In this document: piece by piece, positions 25,538-40,033 of the stretch
Layout of the letters: each line of letters starts with the position of its first letter
Position numbering within the stretch: position 1 is the stretch's first letter
DNA from: Eledone cirrhosa
Lineage: Eukaryota
Reading direction: 5' to 3'
Assembly: GCA_964016885.1 (NCBI GenBank)
Contig: OZ024756.1
Coordinates: 38,192,001-38,256,000 of the forward strand
Length of the DNA stretch: 64,000 nt
Notes under the pieces: generated by a model
What the model was told of the DNA's origin: nothing
Databases searched by the model: none
Seen by the model: only the letters and a program-made list of their open reading frames with translations
Translations under genes and position numbers: made by a program

Positions 25538-26617
25538 TTATACACATTGTCTTTCATGCCTGTGATCTTAAAATAGTTTTGAAGGTAATCAGAAATTTGT
25601 CTAGAAGGTTTTGGCCAGTATTGGCCTAGGCCATGTCTAACTTAATAGCATCACCTGGTTATATATCCAGGATCTTTGGTTGACACCTGTCCTGAGGTGA
25701 GGTAGGAAGTTTTATTGATTGATCCAAGTAAATATATGTCCTGATATGAGTCCTGTGATGAAGTGTGTGGGCTTATGTGTATATGAGGGCAGGGATTAGT
25801 ATGAAGGTTTATTGATTCAAACAAATATATGTCCAAGATCTTTGATGGATATTAGTCCTTATGTGAGCAGGAGTGGTGATAGTATGAAGATATATTGACT
25901 CAAACATGTCTAGTGAAGGAACTTTTTAATCTTTTTGATTAATTGTAAATATAATCCATGAATTAAGATTTGTTCACTGCTCTTGACTTAAGTTTGTCAC
26001 ATTGATCAAAAGGGCTGCATCTCTGAGGTTTTCTTACTGATAGATAACCTCAATAATGATTGACAACAGTGTCAAATGTAAAGCAAAGACAAGTAGAGAC
26101 TACCCCTATGTGAACAGGGTAAGTAATAACAACCTACCATGATTAATCTGTCACCTACACAATTAGTTGACAGTAAGAAACTGGTGTCATGTTGTTGTGA
26201 GAGGAGAAACTACTTTCTGTAAAGTGAATGTTAAGAGAGAATTGTCTATGTGGTTATATATCAGCACAGATTGGTTAACTTAGGTTTTTGGAGGGAAAGA
26301 AATGGTTGTAGTTACCTTGTTTATTAGTAGGTAGAATGTAATCTTGTAGATGGGTTCTTGTGAAATATGTACAATCTGGTATTTTTTTTGGCAAAGTGGT
26401 TACCATTGTTAACCCTTCAGCATTTATATTACTCTATATTTACTATTGTATTTTCATATTAAACACTTTATTTCACATAATATCTAATCTATGAGATTTT
26501 GATATTATTTATTTTGAGAACAATACCTTAACATAAGTATGAGCAGCTGGTTTCAACAGAAAGAGGAGAGAGAATTTTGGCTGGATACATGATTTTGAGT
26601 TTCATTATAAAAGAAAA

Positions 26618-26806
26618 GTGCGGTGGATTGGCAGTATCAGTAGAGGGTCGGACGCCATGCTTTCCAGCATAGTTACGTCCCTTTACGATCTGAGTTCAAA
26701 TCCCGCCAAGGTTGACTTTGCCTTTCATCCTTACGGGGTCGATAAAATAAAGTACCAGTAATGCACTGGGTAATTGCTGGCCTTGTGCCTAAAGTAGAAA
26801 CAATTA
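26618..26806 (+). mobile_element. tRNA-derived SINE with Nin/Deu-like domain (copies near 20715, 36856, 39705, 40437, 41250, 41677, 53930 on +; 45402, 52135, 52350, 53400, 55081, 55858 on -)
   Basis: Head gcggtggattggcag, B box GAGTTCAAATCC, core gcctttcatccttacggggtcgataaaataaagtacc, tail tgctggccttgtgcctaaagtagaaacaatt. Confidence 0.85.
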
Positions 26807-26949
26807 TAAAAGATATATATTTATGAGAAACTGTTTTTAGGAAACATAAGCAGCTTTTTTGTTTGTTTTACCATAGAATATATTTGATATGAAATATGTT
26901 TGATATTCCTATTCCATAACAAATTAATTTTTTCTTTTTTTATTTGTAG

Positions 26950-27030
26950 GTTGACCCCTAGCCAGGTAGTCATGTTAGACGCATTGGATTATACCTGGTC
27001 TTAAAATGGTGCCAACATCCATTTATACTT
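26950..27030 (+). other. Putative internal exon, 81 bp, non-coding or uORF-bearing
   Basis: Long T-rich tract then ttgtag|G; donor CTT|gtaagt. Confidence 0.6.
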
Positions 27031-27864
27031 GTAAGTAGTTTTATTTCATCCCCCACATATTTCTTGAAGTTAGGATAATTTTGTCTGTCTTCTGCAAAAA
27101 TAGATCTCACTGATCGTACGGTCAGGGATAATTTTAGGTTGACCCCTCAAGGTGGTGAGTGCAGAAGCTCACAGAGGAGAAGACGAAGGACTGTGATGAG
27201 TGGAAAGATGCTACGCTGAAGAGGACCTGTCCCACCCTTGCAAGCAGGGAAATGCGGATGTAAAATGATGATGATGATGATGACCTCACTGATCATTAGG
27301 TGAGGGCTGACATCAAGAAGGGCATTCTAGCTGTAGAATACTGCCTCAAAAGCCTTGTCCAACCCATGCCTTTTCTTGATATATGTGGAGAAAGCATGGT
27401 CGAGTGGTCAATAAGTTTTTTTGGCAAACGTGAGGTCTCTGGCTCGATCCCACTGCAAGACATTTTGGGTAGATTGTAACTGTGTGGAAGCCCATCAGAT
27501 GGACTATATCTGAAATTTAACCCTTTAACATTTACATTACTCTATAGTTACTATTATATCTTCATGGTAATGGCTTTAATCTTACATAATTATCTCATAA
27601 TATTAAAGCTATGAAATGTTGATATTATTTATTTTGAGAACAATACCTTAACATCAGTATAAGCAGCCAGTTACAGCCGGTTTGAACAGGAAGAAGTGAG
27701 AGAATTCTGGCCATGACATTTGAAAAATTCCTGGTAAAAAACTTTTTGGTGGGATGATGACACCCTCCCCCCCTCCCGGCGACAAATGGGGGTCCTGTGT
27801 TTAAGCACACCTAAGCACAATGGTAAATCCATCACTGTGTATAGATATGCAGGTACATATATGT

Positions 27865-28175
27865 GAAGGCACGTGGCTTAGTGGTTAGAGTGTTGTGCTC
27901 TCAAGTGTATGGTTGTGAGTTTGAATCCCGGCCTGGGTAGTGTGTTGTGTTCTTGAGCAAAACACCTTCTCTTTGCTCTGTCCACTCAGCTGTAGAAATG
28001 AGTTGCAGCATCACTGGTGCCAAGCTGTATCGGCCATTGCCTTTCCCTTTGACAACATCAGTGACATGGAGAGGAGTGACTGCTGGTCTTCCACAAACAT
28101 ACTTTACCCAGGCTTGTACCTCAATGGGGAACTTTCCAGGTGCAAAACCATGGTCATTCATGACCGAAGGGGGTC
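27865..28175 (+). mobile_element. Full-length tRNA-derived SINE (second family)
   Basis: A box TGGCTTAGTGG, B box GTTTGAATCC, core gtgttcttgagcaaaacac...cactcagctgtagaaatgag. Confidence 0.8.
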
Positions 28176-28781
28176 TACTACAACATATATGTGTGTATCA
28201 TCCCCACCACTGTCTCACATGGGATAAACGAGCTGTCCTGTTATGAGACGAATCAGATCAGGTGACTGTGTCTTATTCACACAAAACTGTTTCTGGTTTG
28301 GTTTCTATGGCGAGATGCCTTTCATAATGCCAACCACATTTACTGCATGGATTGGGAGCTTTTTATCGTGGCACCAAAACAGCCTTTTCATTGCGTTACC
28401 CACATGATCACCTTCTGTGTGTGTATATATGTATATATATCAACACGTGTTAGCATGGAAAAACGGATGTAAAATGATGATGATAATTTTGAATTTAAGC
28501 TTTTAAGCTCTTTGAAATATTTTCTGTTAGTTTATGGCTTGAAGAGCATTAATGTTACAGTAGAAATCATTAATATATATATTTTATTTTTATTGATACA
28601 CATACACATATATACAGGGTGTCCCCCAAAAATGTATATACTCTGGTTAGAATGCTGTTGAAGTATGTATACATTTTTGGGGGACATCCTCTATATATAT
28701 ATAGTTTTAAAATATATAAAATATAGAAGTTTTATGTGGGAGATTTCTCTGGAAATGAAATCATAAACTCTTCTAATGACT

Positions 28782-28814
<33 letters not shown>

Positions 28815-29226
28815 GTTTTATTTATGACTGTTTATTATAAAACTTAACGATCCTTTTCGAGTTGGCTTTCTAATCGTTTATTGTTTTATTATGATATCAC
28901 AAGAGAGGCACAATGACGCAATGGTTTATTATAAAATATATATTTGTTGTCTTAATTTTATTTTAACATTTTCTAATTAATTATTAGCAAACCTGTACCA
29001 TCAATATTGACATCAATAGCATTGAACATATTTGATTTTTGGAGTTAAGGGTTGGTGTGCCATATATACCAAGATTACGAGATATATTAGTAATCATACA
29101 AATTTGGAAATTTGCGTTTTGATAAATTAATAGTTTGCATAAAAGAAATCCTATGGTTTATGTTGATTATTGGCATGTGGAAATGATTAAAGATAAAAAT
29201 TATATTTTAATAATTTATTTCTTTAA

Positions 29227-29434
29227 CCCTTTAGCATTTACATTACTCTATATATACTATTGTATTTTTGTGGTAAAGACTTATCTTACATAATTATCTC
29301 ATAATATCGAATCTATGGGATTTTGATGTTATTTATTTTGAGAAAAATACCTTAACATCAGTATGAGGGGCCAGGTACAGCGAGTTTGAACAGAAAGGGA
29401 CGAGAGAATTCTGACCGGTTTAAATGCTAAAGGG
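29227..29434. mobile_element. piggyBac-type MITE (complete copies also 32267-32475 and 33650-33864; partial near 26412, 27520, 30900, 40160, 41232, 49731, 51405)
   Basis: TIR CCCTTTAGCATTTA / TAAATGCTAAAGGG flanked by TTAA on both sides. Confidence 0.85.
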
Positions 29435-29766
29435 TTAATATAATTTAGTATAGATGTATGAGTAACTTTGGAGAAATAACTACCGTATTTCCCAGCGCCG
29501 ACGACACTTTGTCCTCGAGGACAATTTTGACAACCAAAAATTTGAAAAAAAATAATAAACAACCTTCGGCCTCCAGGACGCATGGTAGATTTTTGAGACT
29601 TATACTACAAAAAAAAGTAGCGTCTTTGACGCTGGGAAATACGATATTTACAGGAAAGTGTAGGGTTGGAACCCAGGACCTTGTGATTAGAAAGCAGATC
29701 TCTTATTGTAGCAGCATAAGAGATGCATTGTAAGAATGTTTGTGTAAGCTTAAAAGAATTACATAT

Positions 29767-30098
29767 CATCATCATCATTTTACGTCCGCTTTTCCCTGCT
29801 TGCAAGGGTGGGACGGGAACTGATTCTGGCCTGATTTCTACAGCTGGATGCCCTTCCTAACACCAACCTCATTTACAGTGCAGGCTGGGTGCTTTTTTGC
29901 CGTGGCACCTCCACGACCACTTTGCAGTGGAATGATAGGGACCTCAGTCCTATCATCTCATTTCTACAGCTGAGTAAACTGGAGCAATGTGAAATAAAGT
30001 GTCTTGCTCAAGGAAACAACACATCACCCGGTCTGAGAATTGAACTCACAACCTATCGATTGCAAGGCCAATGCTCTAACCATTAAGCCATGTGCCTC
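29767..30098 (-). mobile_element. Full-length tRNA-derived SINE with RTE-type tail
   Basis: Minus-strand head ggaggcacatggcttaatggttagagc; near-identical to 15264-15583. Confidence 0.8.
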
Positions 30099-30115
30099 CA
30101 TATATATATTAAAAT

Positions 30116-30417
30116 TATTATGAGCAAATGGGGACCCATGTGTTTCCCCAGAGGATGGTGAGGGAGACATGCTGGAAGGGTCATTCCAGATCGCGAGGCT
30201 TGCACCTGCGGACAGCCAACTCTGTGCTGATGGTGGTGAGTAGGGAGGTGGTCCTAGGGCCAAAGACACTAGTCTCCAGAGAAACGCTTTCTTTATTCTG
30301 TCTGCCAGGGCCATGGGGTAGCCAGCACGTGGGCCCCCATTTGCTCATAATAGTGTGAGATGGGGAAAGCAAGAGAGACTGAGGCAGTGAGTGTTTAGTT
30401 CTGTGCGGACCTGGTGT
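30116..30417. mobile_element. Non-autonomous element with long TIRs (second copy 46008-46281)
   Basis: attatgagcaaatggggacccatgtg is inverted at 30326-30352; 46008-46150 equals the reverse complement of 30272-30417, followed by the same internal segment. Confidence 0.6.
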
Positions 30418-33013
30418 ATATGTATATATATTTATTTACCACATCACATTTATTTAAGCTATATTAACATTAACTATGAAAACGTCATAAATATTAAAAC
30501 CACTTGACGATTGTTTTCCATGAATGTCAAGTTTTATGTAATTTTCAACTTCGCCTGATAAATTCTGAGAATTTTCAGATTTCTTATTCATGCTGAAGAC
30601 ATTAAAACATCAATTAATGTTGTTTTGAATAAATTTTATAATTATTTTTTTTTTTTCTTAACTATTCACCTCCTATAATGATTCAGCTGAAAATATCTAA
30701 AAATGGCTTCGTTTATTCAAATGTTTATAGTATCTTTACTAGTGGGTGTATTGTAAAAATTTGTGTTCGTATAGTAAAGGCTTTAATTATTTATGTAATG
30801 TAGTCATATTGCTGTTTTGTACTTATCAAGAATATCTTGCTAATGTGGTATCATTCAGTACAAAATGTTAAGGGTTAGTTTAAAATAAAATATAGTTTAC
30901 TCTTTAGCATTTACATTATCTATATTTACTATTATATTTTCACAGTAAAATCTTTTTATCTCACATATTTATCTTATATAATATCGATTTTGATATTATT
31001 TGTATTGAGAACAATACCTTAACATTGGTATGAGTAGCTGGTTATGGCCAGTCTGAATAGAAAGAGGTGAGAATTCTGGCCGGATATGACTGGTTTAAAT
31101 GCTAAAGAGTTTTGTTTTCAAGTCTAGAACTTCACCATTTAACATCCACTTTCCATTTTACATCCATCTTTTCATGCTGGCATGGGTTGGACATTCTTTT
31201 CCAGCATAGCTTCCCTCCACTTGTAGAATTCCTAATTCCTTTGCCATCACCTCTGTCAAGGTTCAGTGTTTCCAAATCAATCACCATTTCTCTCCAAGTC
31301 TTTCTCTCTACTCTAGCTTCCTTTCACTGGGATCTGTTGACATTTCTTTATCAATCAATCATCATCCATATGTCACAACATATCCACACCACCACAATTC
31401 TCTTTTGCTCCCCATATTTGATTCCTCTTATGTCCGGTTTTTCTGTTACCTCATCCATGCTTCATAATATATGCACATTAACATTAGCCTAGCCTCATCC
31501 CATCCTTGTATCTGATGTTTGGAGGTCATGGACTTATGGACCACCACCATCTTTTCCTATCTCTTGCCATTGCTGTACATTCCGCCAAACTCCTTCCTGT
31601 CCATCCCCTGTATTTGTCCCTCAAGGATGTGGGTAGTCAAATTTTAGGCCCTGATGACATGACCAACATACTGTAGTTTTCTCTTACAGTTTCAACCAAC
31701 TGTCAATTGGCATTAATATTACACATCCATTAAATCATGCTCAACTAGTTTCTGTAGAGCTATGACATTCACTGTCCATCTTTCATTACCATGCAACACT
31801 GTGACACTGTGTCAACACAGGTAATAGCTCCCTCAACTCTTTCCATCTTATACTTCTTGCTAGCTACTATTATTTTAGAACAGCCACCTCCACCTGATAT
31901 ATATATATTCCCGAGAGGGTTGTAGGGGGCAGAGTCCTCGAGCATGCTTTTCAGAAAGCCCTATCACAAGTAACTGTCTCCAAATGATCCAGCTGGATCT
32001 CCAAGCAAAACCAACCAAACTTATGAATGTTATCCAACCATATTGTTCTAGGTCTACCTCTGGGTCACATGCCAGTTAGCAGTTTTACCCATAAAATTTG
32101 TCCAGTGATTCTTTCCTTGGGTATTTTAACTACATGTCTGTAGTACTGGAGCTGTGATCTCTCAATGCAGCGAAGTAACAGCTTTACTTGGAGCTACTCC
32201 TTGATCTCTGAAATATGGCAATGAAACGGTTAAAATAAACACTTGTTGTTTTCTTGAGATCCTTAACCCTTTAGCATTTACATTACTCTATATTTACTAT
32301 TGTATTTTCACGGTAAACACTTTATCTTACATAATATTGAATCTATGAGATTTTAATATTATTTATTTTGAGAACAATACCTTAATATAAGTATGGGTGG
32401 CCAGTTACAGCTGGTTTGAACAGAAAGAGGTGAGAGAATTCTGGCCTGATACAGCCGGTTTAAATTGCTAATGGGTTAACATTTATAGTTTTACATAATG
32501 TCCCAAATAAATTAATTCATGATTTTTAATAGTTTAATTTTCTATATTTATTTACTTTAATTTTTTCATGTACATTTGTAAGATTAATAATTTTATCAAG
32601 TTAATCTCTATCTGTGATTACTGTGTTTAAATCTAACAAAATCTCAACAAATATAAAGACAAAACAAAACAAATGAAGCTATCATTGACTTTATAAAGAT
32701 TTACAATATAAATCCATTACAAATTTTAGAATTGTTATTAATATAATAAAATTACATTTTATATAAATGAGGCTAAATTTACAGATTACGTTGTTTTTCC
32801 TCTTTGTCTTCCTCTTCTGAAACATCATTATAGTCATCTTTTTACAATGGATTATTTCAGTTTTGTGAAACATTTAAAGTATAATAATGGAAAATTGAAG
32901 ATTTTTTCAAAGATTATAAACTCTAATGTAATGTATCATGTTATGAAATTACTACTACAAAGAGATTATTTATCTATTTATCATTTAAAGATGCGTGTAT
33001 ACATAATTTATCG

Positions 33014-33044
<31 letters not shown>

Positions 33045-34917
33045 TGTTTAACGTCTATCTTCCATGCTAGCATGGGTTAGACGGGAATTGTCTCATTTGA
33101 GGCAAGATTGGTCGGGTAACTGTGTCTCGCTCGTATAGGACTATCTGGCAGGTTTTCTACGGATGCCCTTCCTAACACCAACCACATTCACAGTGTGGAC
33201 TGGGAGCTTTTTACCGTGTTACCTACACAACCACATTACAGCATAGACTTTTTTTTAAATATATATATATATGTGTGTGTGTGTGTGTTTATTGTTTTAT
33301 AGGTTTCAATCTTTAGACTATGGCCAGGCTTGTTGTGAATCCCTTATGGGTTTCTGTTTTTATTAACTCTTTCCCCATCCCTGATTAGTGAATAATGACA
33401 TTGTTCCTGTGTTAGTCCAAGAGTGAAGGGTAGCACACATGGCTCTTTCTGGCGCCTCATATTTGTGAGAGGGAAGAAGGAAGGTATCTTCCTTTTCAAA
33501 CCTGAAATTTGGCACAAATGCCTACAACAGAGGGTCCTGTAAAAGTACTCAAAGTCCCAGATGGTGTCACAAATACTTAAAACACAAGGGACACTCCTGT
33601 AAAAGTAACCAAAGTCTCAAATGGTGAATATCCTTGATAACTACATTAACCCTTTACCATTTACATTACTCTATATTGACTATTGTATTTTTATGGTAAA
33701 GGTTTTACCTCACATAATTATCTCACATATCGAATCTATGAGATTTTGATATTTATTTTGAGAGCAATACTTTAACATCAGTATGAGTGTCCAGTTACGG
33801 CCTGTTTGAACAGAATGAGCTGAAAGAGTTCTGGCTGGATAGAGCCAGTTTAAATGCTAAAGGGTTAAAGGTAAGGTAAACATGTCAGAATAATGCTCAG
33901 CCACTGGCATGTTGTACTATTGATCTACTGGCACATACATTGGCACTAGTGGAGGTCTATCCCATTTCTGTTTCTAAGTAACAAAACACGCACACACATG
34001 CATGTGTATGTACAAAGGCACACACACACACACATACATGCACATACACAGTGATGGGGCTAAACTTAGATTAGCAGTAATAGTTAATAAGTAAATCTTA
34101 TTTCTACTTGAAGTTAATCTAATTAAGAGAACTGGTGTTAAATAACATTAGTAATTAATAAATAAATATTTTTTACTAAATCCAATACGTTGAGTGCACC
34201 TATTTAACTAGAACATTCATAATTATTACAATCTATATTATATTAATTGTACAGTCATCTGTCTGTCTGTCACAAGTATTTTCATTTAGAATTTGTGAAA
34301 CACAAAATGCATTTTCTTCTAAGTGTCCGTCTGTCTTTCTATCTTTGTATATATGTATGGGCTGGAACAGATGAAAGAGTATATATATGTATATACATGT
34401 GTGTGTGTGTATATATATATATAGGGAGGGAGAGAGTCTGCGGTGCTGAGACTGAGGAGATCACTACTCGTGAGAGTACTCAATATGGGGAGATGTAGAG
34501 TGGGTATAGAGATATGTAAAATCTTGTCCACAGTGCCATATATGCTTTCATTTCATATTATGAATCATGCTATGTTAGTACTGCTGCTAGTATATATCAT
34601 CATCATCCTCGTTTAACGTCTATCTTCCAAGCTAGCATGGGTTAGACAGGAGTTGTCTCACTTGAAGCAAGATCAGTCGGGTGACCGTGTCACGCTCATA
34701 TAGGACTATCTGGCAGGTTTTCTACGGTTGGATGTCCTTCCTAACACCAACCACATTTACAGTGTGGACTGGGAGCTTTTTACCATGTTACCTACACGGC
34801 CACATTACAGCATGGACTGTTTTTTTTTGTTTTTATATAGTAGTTAATTATGGGTTACCCATTATGTCATAAGTTATCTTAAATTTTAATTGACTTTTTT
34901 TATTTTATTTTTTCTAG

Positions 34918-34977
34918 GGTTCCTTGATAAAAGAATATATTTCTTTTTGCCTAACATTAATATAATCTAGAAATAAT
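34918..34977 (+). other. Putative internal exon, 60 bp
   Basis: T-rich tract then ttctag|G; donor AAT|gtaagt; stops in all frames. Confidence 0.55.
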
Positions 34978-35984
34978 GTAAGTATTTTAAATAATATTTA
35001 TTTTAATACAAAAATATATAAACAATTTCTTTTCCTTATTAAACAGTAACATTTTCTTTAAAAAGTTGAGTCCATAGTATATCAGTCTGTAGAGCATGAG
35101 ACTCTTCAGGACATGTTAGATAGTATTGTGGAAAGTGCTGCCATACACTTATATAATAACAAATTCTATAGTGTGTGGCCTAGTGTTGGTCTCAAAATCA
35201 TAAAGTTACTGGTTCGAGAACATGTTTTATAGAATTGTGGAAAGTGCCATACACTTCTTTTTCTTCTTCTTCTTTCCCCACTTATTCTTGAGAGGGTCGT
35301 GGGGGCAAAGTCCTCAAACATTACTTCCAGTGTATCCTGTCAGAACCAACTGTCTCCAAGCGAGACCAGCCAAGCTCATGGTTGTTATCCAACCATCTTG
35401 GTCGGGGTTCTACCCCTGGGTCTTCTGTTGTTTGGTTTTGCCCATAAAATCTTACATGCACTCACATAAACAAATTTGTAAAATCACTGATTTTACTCCT
35501 GGACTTGGTGACATATTGTATTCTAAGCACAATACTTCAGTTGACAGAGCTTTTTATGATAGAAAAAACATCCTTTGAGATGAACCTAATAGGAGGTTCA
35601 TCTAAGCCAGGGTTTAACTAACTTTTTTCAAACACGGAACCCTTTTTGGTTCAGAAACTTTCAGGGGAACCCCAAAGTCTAATACTGTTATATGGTCATA
35701 ATATAAATATACTCCTCTCCCTTTTTTTCATGGAACTCCAGACACTCCTTTGTGGAACCCACTTAGGGAACCATGATCTAAGCTAAATCTATATTGGTGT
35801 GAGCTGTAAATTTTTTTTTTCATTTCAAACGGTAGAAAGTAAGTGGTTTGACAGAATCATTAGCACTTCAGATCGAATCTTAAAGCCTTATCAATATTCA
35901 CTTTATTCCAGTTTCATTGGCATTAACTTTTTTTTAATACCAAATTATTTGAAACTGGAACTCCAGACATGCCATTCCTAATGC

Positions 35985-36221
35985 CAACCACCTTACAGAG
36001 TGGACTAGGTGCTTTTTATCATGGCACCTGTACAACCATCTTACAGGGTGCACTGGGTGCTTTTTGTTGTAGCACCTGTACAACCATCTTACAGGGTGGA
36101 CTGGGTGCTTTTTGTTGTAGCACCTGTACAACCATCTTACAGGGTGAACTGGGTGCTTTTTGTTGTAGCACCAGTACAACCACCTTACAAGTGGACTAGC
36201 TGATTTTTGTTGTAGCACCAA
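35985..36221. repeat. Tandem repeat, 48-bp unit, about 5 copies
   Basis: cttacagggtggactgggtgctttttgttgtagcacctgtacaaccat at period 48. Confidence 0.9.
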
Positions 36222-37364
36222 TATGCAGGTTATAGTAATGATAAAAAGAATTTAGCACTTTATCTAACGACTATATATTTTTAATTACAAGGGATAAATT
36301 TGATAACTATTATTATATAATTAAGCAATTATTATATTAAGATAAATTCATCGTTAAGTCTATTGTTTATGTATATTTGTTGATTTAAAGTAAAAGAACA
36401 GCCTCCTGTTACCTCATATAAGGATTATTATTTACAATAAATATTTTTGAGGGATTATCTGGGTTTATTTTCGAATCCTAGTTATTTTCTTTGTACAAAA
36501 TAACATAATTCAAGCTAAGATGAAAATTAATCCTAAAAACAAAATTCATTTCTGTGTGATTAAGGATTTTACTTTGTAGCCACATGGTTTCAGGTCCAGT
36601 CCCACTGTTGGGTACTTGAAGCAGGTGTCTTCTACCTTGGCTTCAGATCGATCAACAGTGCCATGTGAGTGAAATTTGGTGGATGGAAACTTTAAGAAGC
36701 CTGTTTTGTGTGTGTGTGTGTTTGTTTATGTCTTGTATATAACTGAGTTTGACAAAAAGGGACTGTGGCACCTTGAGCAAGAGTCTTCTACTTCAGGTTT
36801 GGGTTGTGTGTGAAATTTTATAGATGGAAACTGAATATATTATATGTGTGTCAGTGGCGGTGGATTGGCAGTATTGGTAGAGGGTCGGACGCCATGCTTT
36901 GACGCATAGAGTTACGGCCCTTGCCATTCTGAGTTCAAATCCCGCTGAGGTTAACTTTGCCTTTCATCCTTACGGGGTCGATAAAATAAAGTACCAGTAA
37001 TACACTGGGTAATTGCTGGCCTTGTGTCTAACGTAGAAACAATTATATGTGTGTCAGTGTTTGATGTTCCAGAACTTAGCAGTTTTAACAAAAAGAGATT
37101 GATAAAATTTGTACCAGGCTTGAAAAAATTGATATGATCAATTATAAATCCATCCTTTCAAAGTGGTGCCCCAGCATGGTCGTAACCTCATAACTGAAAC
37201 CAGTACACCAGTAAAAGAATACGATAAACTACACATCCCATACAGAAAAACCACTGCTTTCTAGTTTAGATAAATAAATCATTTGTATCTACTTATATAT
37301 ATAAATCCATGCTAGCATGGAAGATGGACGTTAAACGATGATGATGATGATGATATATATATAT

Positions 37365-37550
37365 GAATCCTGGGTTCAATCGGGAGTAACTATAGTAAGT
37401 AGGTACTCAATACATTAATAGAGTGTAAACATCAAATTTAATATATAAATGGCTTCTTCAGGACTAAAACTGTTTCATTCAAAAGAAATCATCATGATTA
37501 CTTTCAAATGAAACAGTTCTAGTCCCGTAGAAGCCATTTCTATATTAAAT
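37365..37550. mobile_element. Family B element with head-to-head inverted duplication, both HHR cores truncated
   Basis: 37437-37494 is inverted to 37495-37550; the junction lies inside CTGATGA. Confidence 0.7.
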
Positions 37551-37855
37551 TATATATATATATGGAGAGAGGGAGAAAAAGAGAGACAGACAGACACCTT
37601 TTTCTCAATAGAACTAGTATCGTGTTCTAGTTGAACAGAAATTATACTGTTGTATGTGGCAGGTGCCATAATAGGGGGTAAATATGTCCTTGGTGACCCA
37701 GTTTCCCTGTTTGAGTTATTTACGCATCTAATGCCCCTGGGGAAAGGCGTGAACTTCATAGTTTTCTAAAAAAAATACCCCATTCCCTTATAAATTTCTA
37801 TCTCTTTCTTTCTATGACAGCCTATTTACTGGTAAAAAATTTCTATATCTTCCTC

Positions 37856-37891
<36 letters not shown>

Positions 37892-38067
37892 TTTCTTTAA
37901 AATCAAAAAATACAACACACAATTAAGTTATTTAAATTATTTTTTATTAACCCTTTCATTACAATATTTCTAATGAAAGATGCTGCTTATGAATTTCAAT
38001 TTGTTTTGAAAATATTGAAGAATATGGAAGGACTTAGTAATATAAACTAACTTCCTCATTATTAAGC

Positions 38068-38470
38068 AGATGTATGGAACATTACTCAACAAAGGTTCTT
38101 AAATGATATTATGGTAGGATGTTAGTTGATAGCTATAAAACACTAGGTATTAATCTGGTGTATGGAACATAACTCAACAAAGGTTCTTACTTGAAATTAT
38201 GGTGAGATGTTGTCTGATAGCTATAAAACACTAGGTATTTAGCTGGTGTATGGAACATAACTCAACAAAGGTTCTTAAATGATATTATGGCGGGATGTTG
38301 TCTGATAGCTATAAAACGCTAGGTATTTAGCTGCTGTATGGAACATAACTCAACAAAGGTTCTTAAATGATATTATGGTGGGATGTTGGTTGATAGCTAT
38401 AAAACACTAGGTATTAATCTGGTGTATGGGACATAACTCAACAAAGGTTCTTATATGAAATTAAGGTGGG
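38068..38470. repeat. Tandem repeat, 88-bp unit, about 4.5 copies
   Basis: gtatggaacataactcaacaaaggttctta...gatagctataaaacactaggtatt at period 88. Confidence 0.9.
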
Positions 38471-38529
38471 GAGGTGTTATAACTGCCTGTCCTTCTTCCT
38501 CACAGTTGGTCTTGTGTCTAAATTAGAAA

Positions 38530-38885
38530 CAATCATCACCATGATCATCACCTTCATTATCGTTATAACGTCTCATCATTATGACTGCTCATCATCATCA
38601 TCACCATCATCATCACCAACATTATCACCATCATCACCATCATCATCATCACCATCATCATCACCAACATTATCACCATCATCATCACCAACATTATCAT
38701 CATCATCACCAACATTATCACCATCATCACCATCATTATCACCATCATCATCATCACACCACCACCATCACATCACCATCATCACACCACCACCATCACA
38801 TCACCATTATCATCATCATCATCATCATCACATCATCATCACCATCATCACTATTCTCATCATTATTGTCATCACCCATCATTAT
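38530..38885. repeat. (CAT/CAC)n microsatellite
   Basis: Directly visible; source of the poly-His, poly-Ser and poly-Met ORFs. Confidence 0.9.
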
Positions 38886-39905
38886 TCGTTTTTGTAGTTA
38901 ATTTTTCTGCTTTATTTTTTTTCTCTCTTTAATTTCTCAGTTCATAGTATCTTCGAGAATGTTCCAAAGACATTTTTTTCCGTCTTTAAAATGTTTCATT
39001 AATAACAACAACAAAAAAGATTTAAAAAATCAGAAGAAATATAACATAAAATAAACTAAGTTCAATTAAAATTATAAGAGGCACCATTGACTGTTGGCGT
39101 TTTGTCTGTGAATGCCTAACACTTTAAAGTAAAACACATGTTTTTATTTCAATTTTTAGATTTTGTTGGAAATCTAAGTCAATTTAGTTTTAAAGAGGTG
39201 CCATTTGTGTTGTTGTTGTTGTTGTTCAGACTACTAATTAATAAAATCAATTATGTACTCCTTATTAATGCTTGTAATTAAAAAAAAATACATTTTATTC
39301 GACAGTAAACATTTGAGTGGGTTTTTTTTTTAAACTGTAATAGTAGTAGTTATATATATATATATATATATAAAATATCTTTATACACACACGCACGCAC
39401 ACACACACATACACATGTATACATACACATACGCATATTTAAAACTATTTTATCATTTATCGAGTATTATCCATCAATATTCTTTCTTCATCTCATGTTT
39501 ATACATCAGTTATATATAATAGTAGTTATATATATATAAAGCTTCTTCACCTCATCATTATACATCAATTATTTGAAGCTATTTATCTCATACTAAGCTA
39601 ATATTGTATCGTGTTGTAATTATTGTTTTTTTTATTATAATATTGTCATACTTATTAGTAAAAGCACACATAGCTTTATGGTCTTTCGCTCACAATTTTA
39701 AGCTTGGCAGAATCGGTAGAGCGTCGGACACCTTGCCTCACAGCATAGAGTTATAGCCATTTACGTTCTGTGTTCAAATACCACTGAGGTTAGCTTTGCC
39801 TTTCATCCTTACGGGATTGATTAAATAAAGTACCAGTAATGCACTGGGGTCGATTAGATCGACTTTCCCCTCTCCACAAATTGCTGGCCTTGTGCCCACA
39901 CTAGA

Positions 39906-40033
39906 AATAATAATAATAATTATCAAGGATGGTGGATTGGCAGCAGAGATAATAATAATAATTATCAAGGATGGTGGATTGGCAGCAGAGATAATAATAA
40001 TAATTATCAAGGATGGTGGATTGGCAGCAGAGA
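39906..40033. repeat. Tandem repeat, 42-bp unit x3, made of SINE tail plus SINE head
   Basis: ataataataataattatcaaggatggtggattggcagcagag x3. Confidence 0.9.

Noticed and set aside
26892-26912. aaatatgtttgatattcct resembling miR-190
   Set aside because: The seed position differs (aaatatg rather than agatatg) and no precursor hairpin is visible.
8940-27001. 17-mer tggattatacctggtct shared by 8940 and 26985
   Set aside because: The match does not extend, and one such match is plausible by chance in 64 kb of AT-rich DNA.
27865-27935. tRNA gene (A and B boxes present)
   Set aside because: No full cloverleaf; it continues into a multi-copy SINE body.
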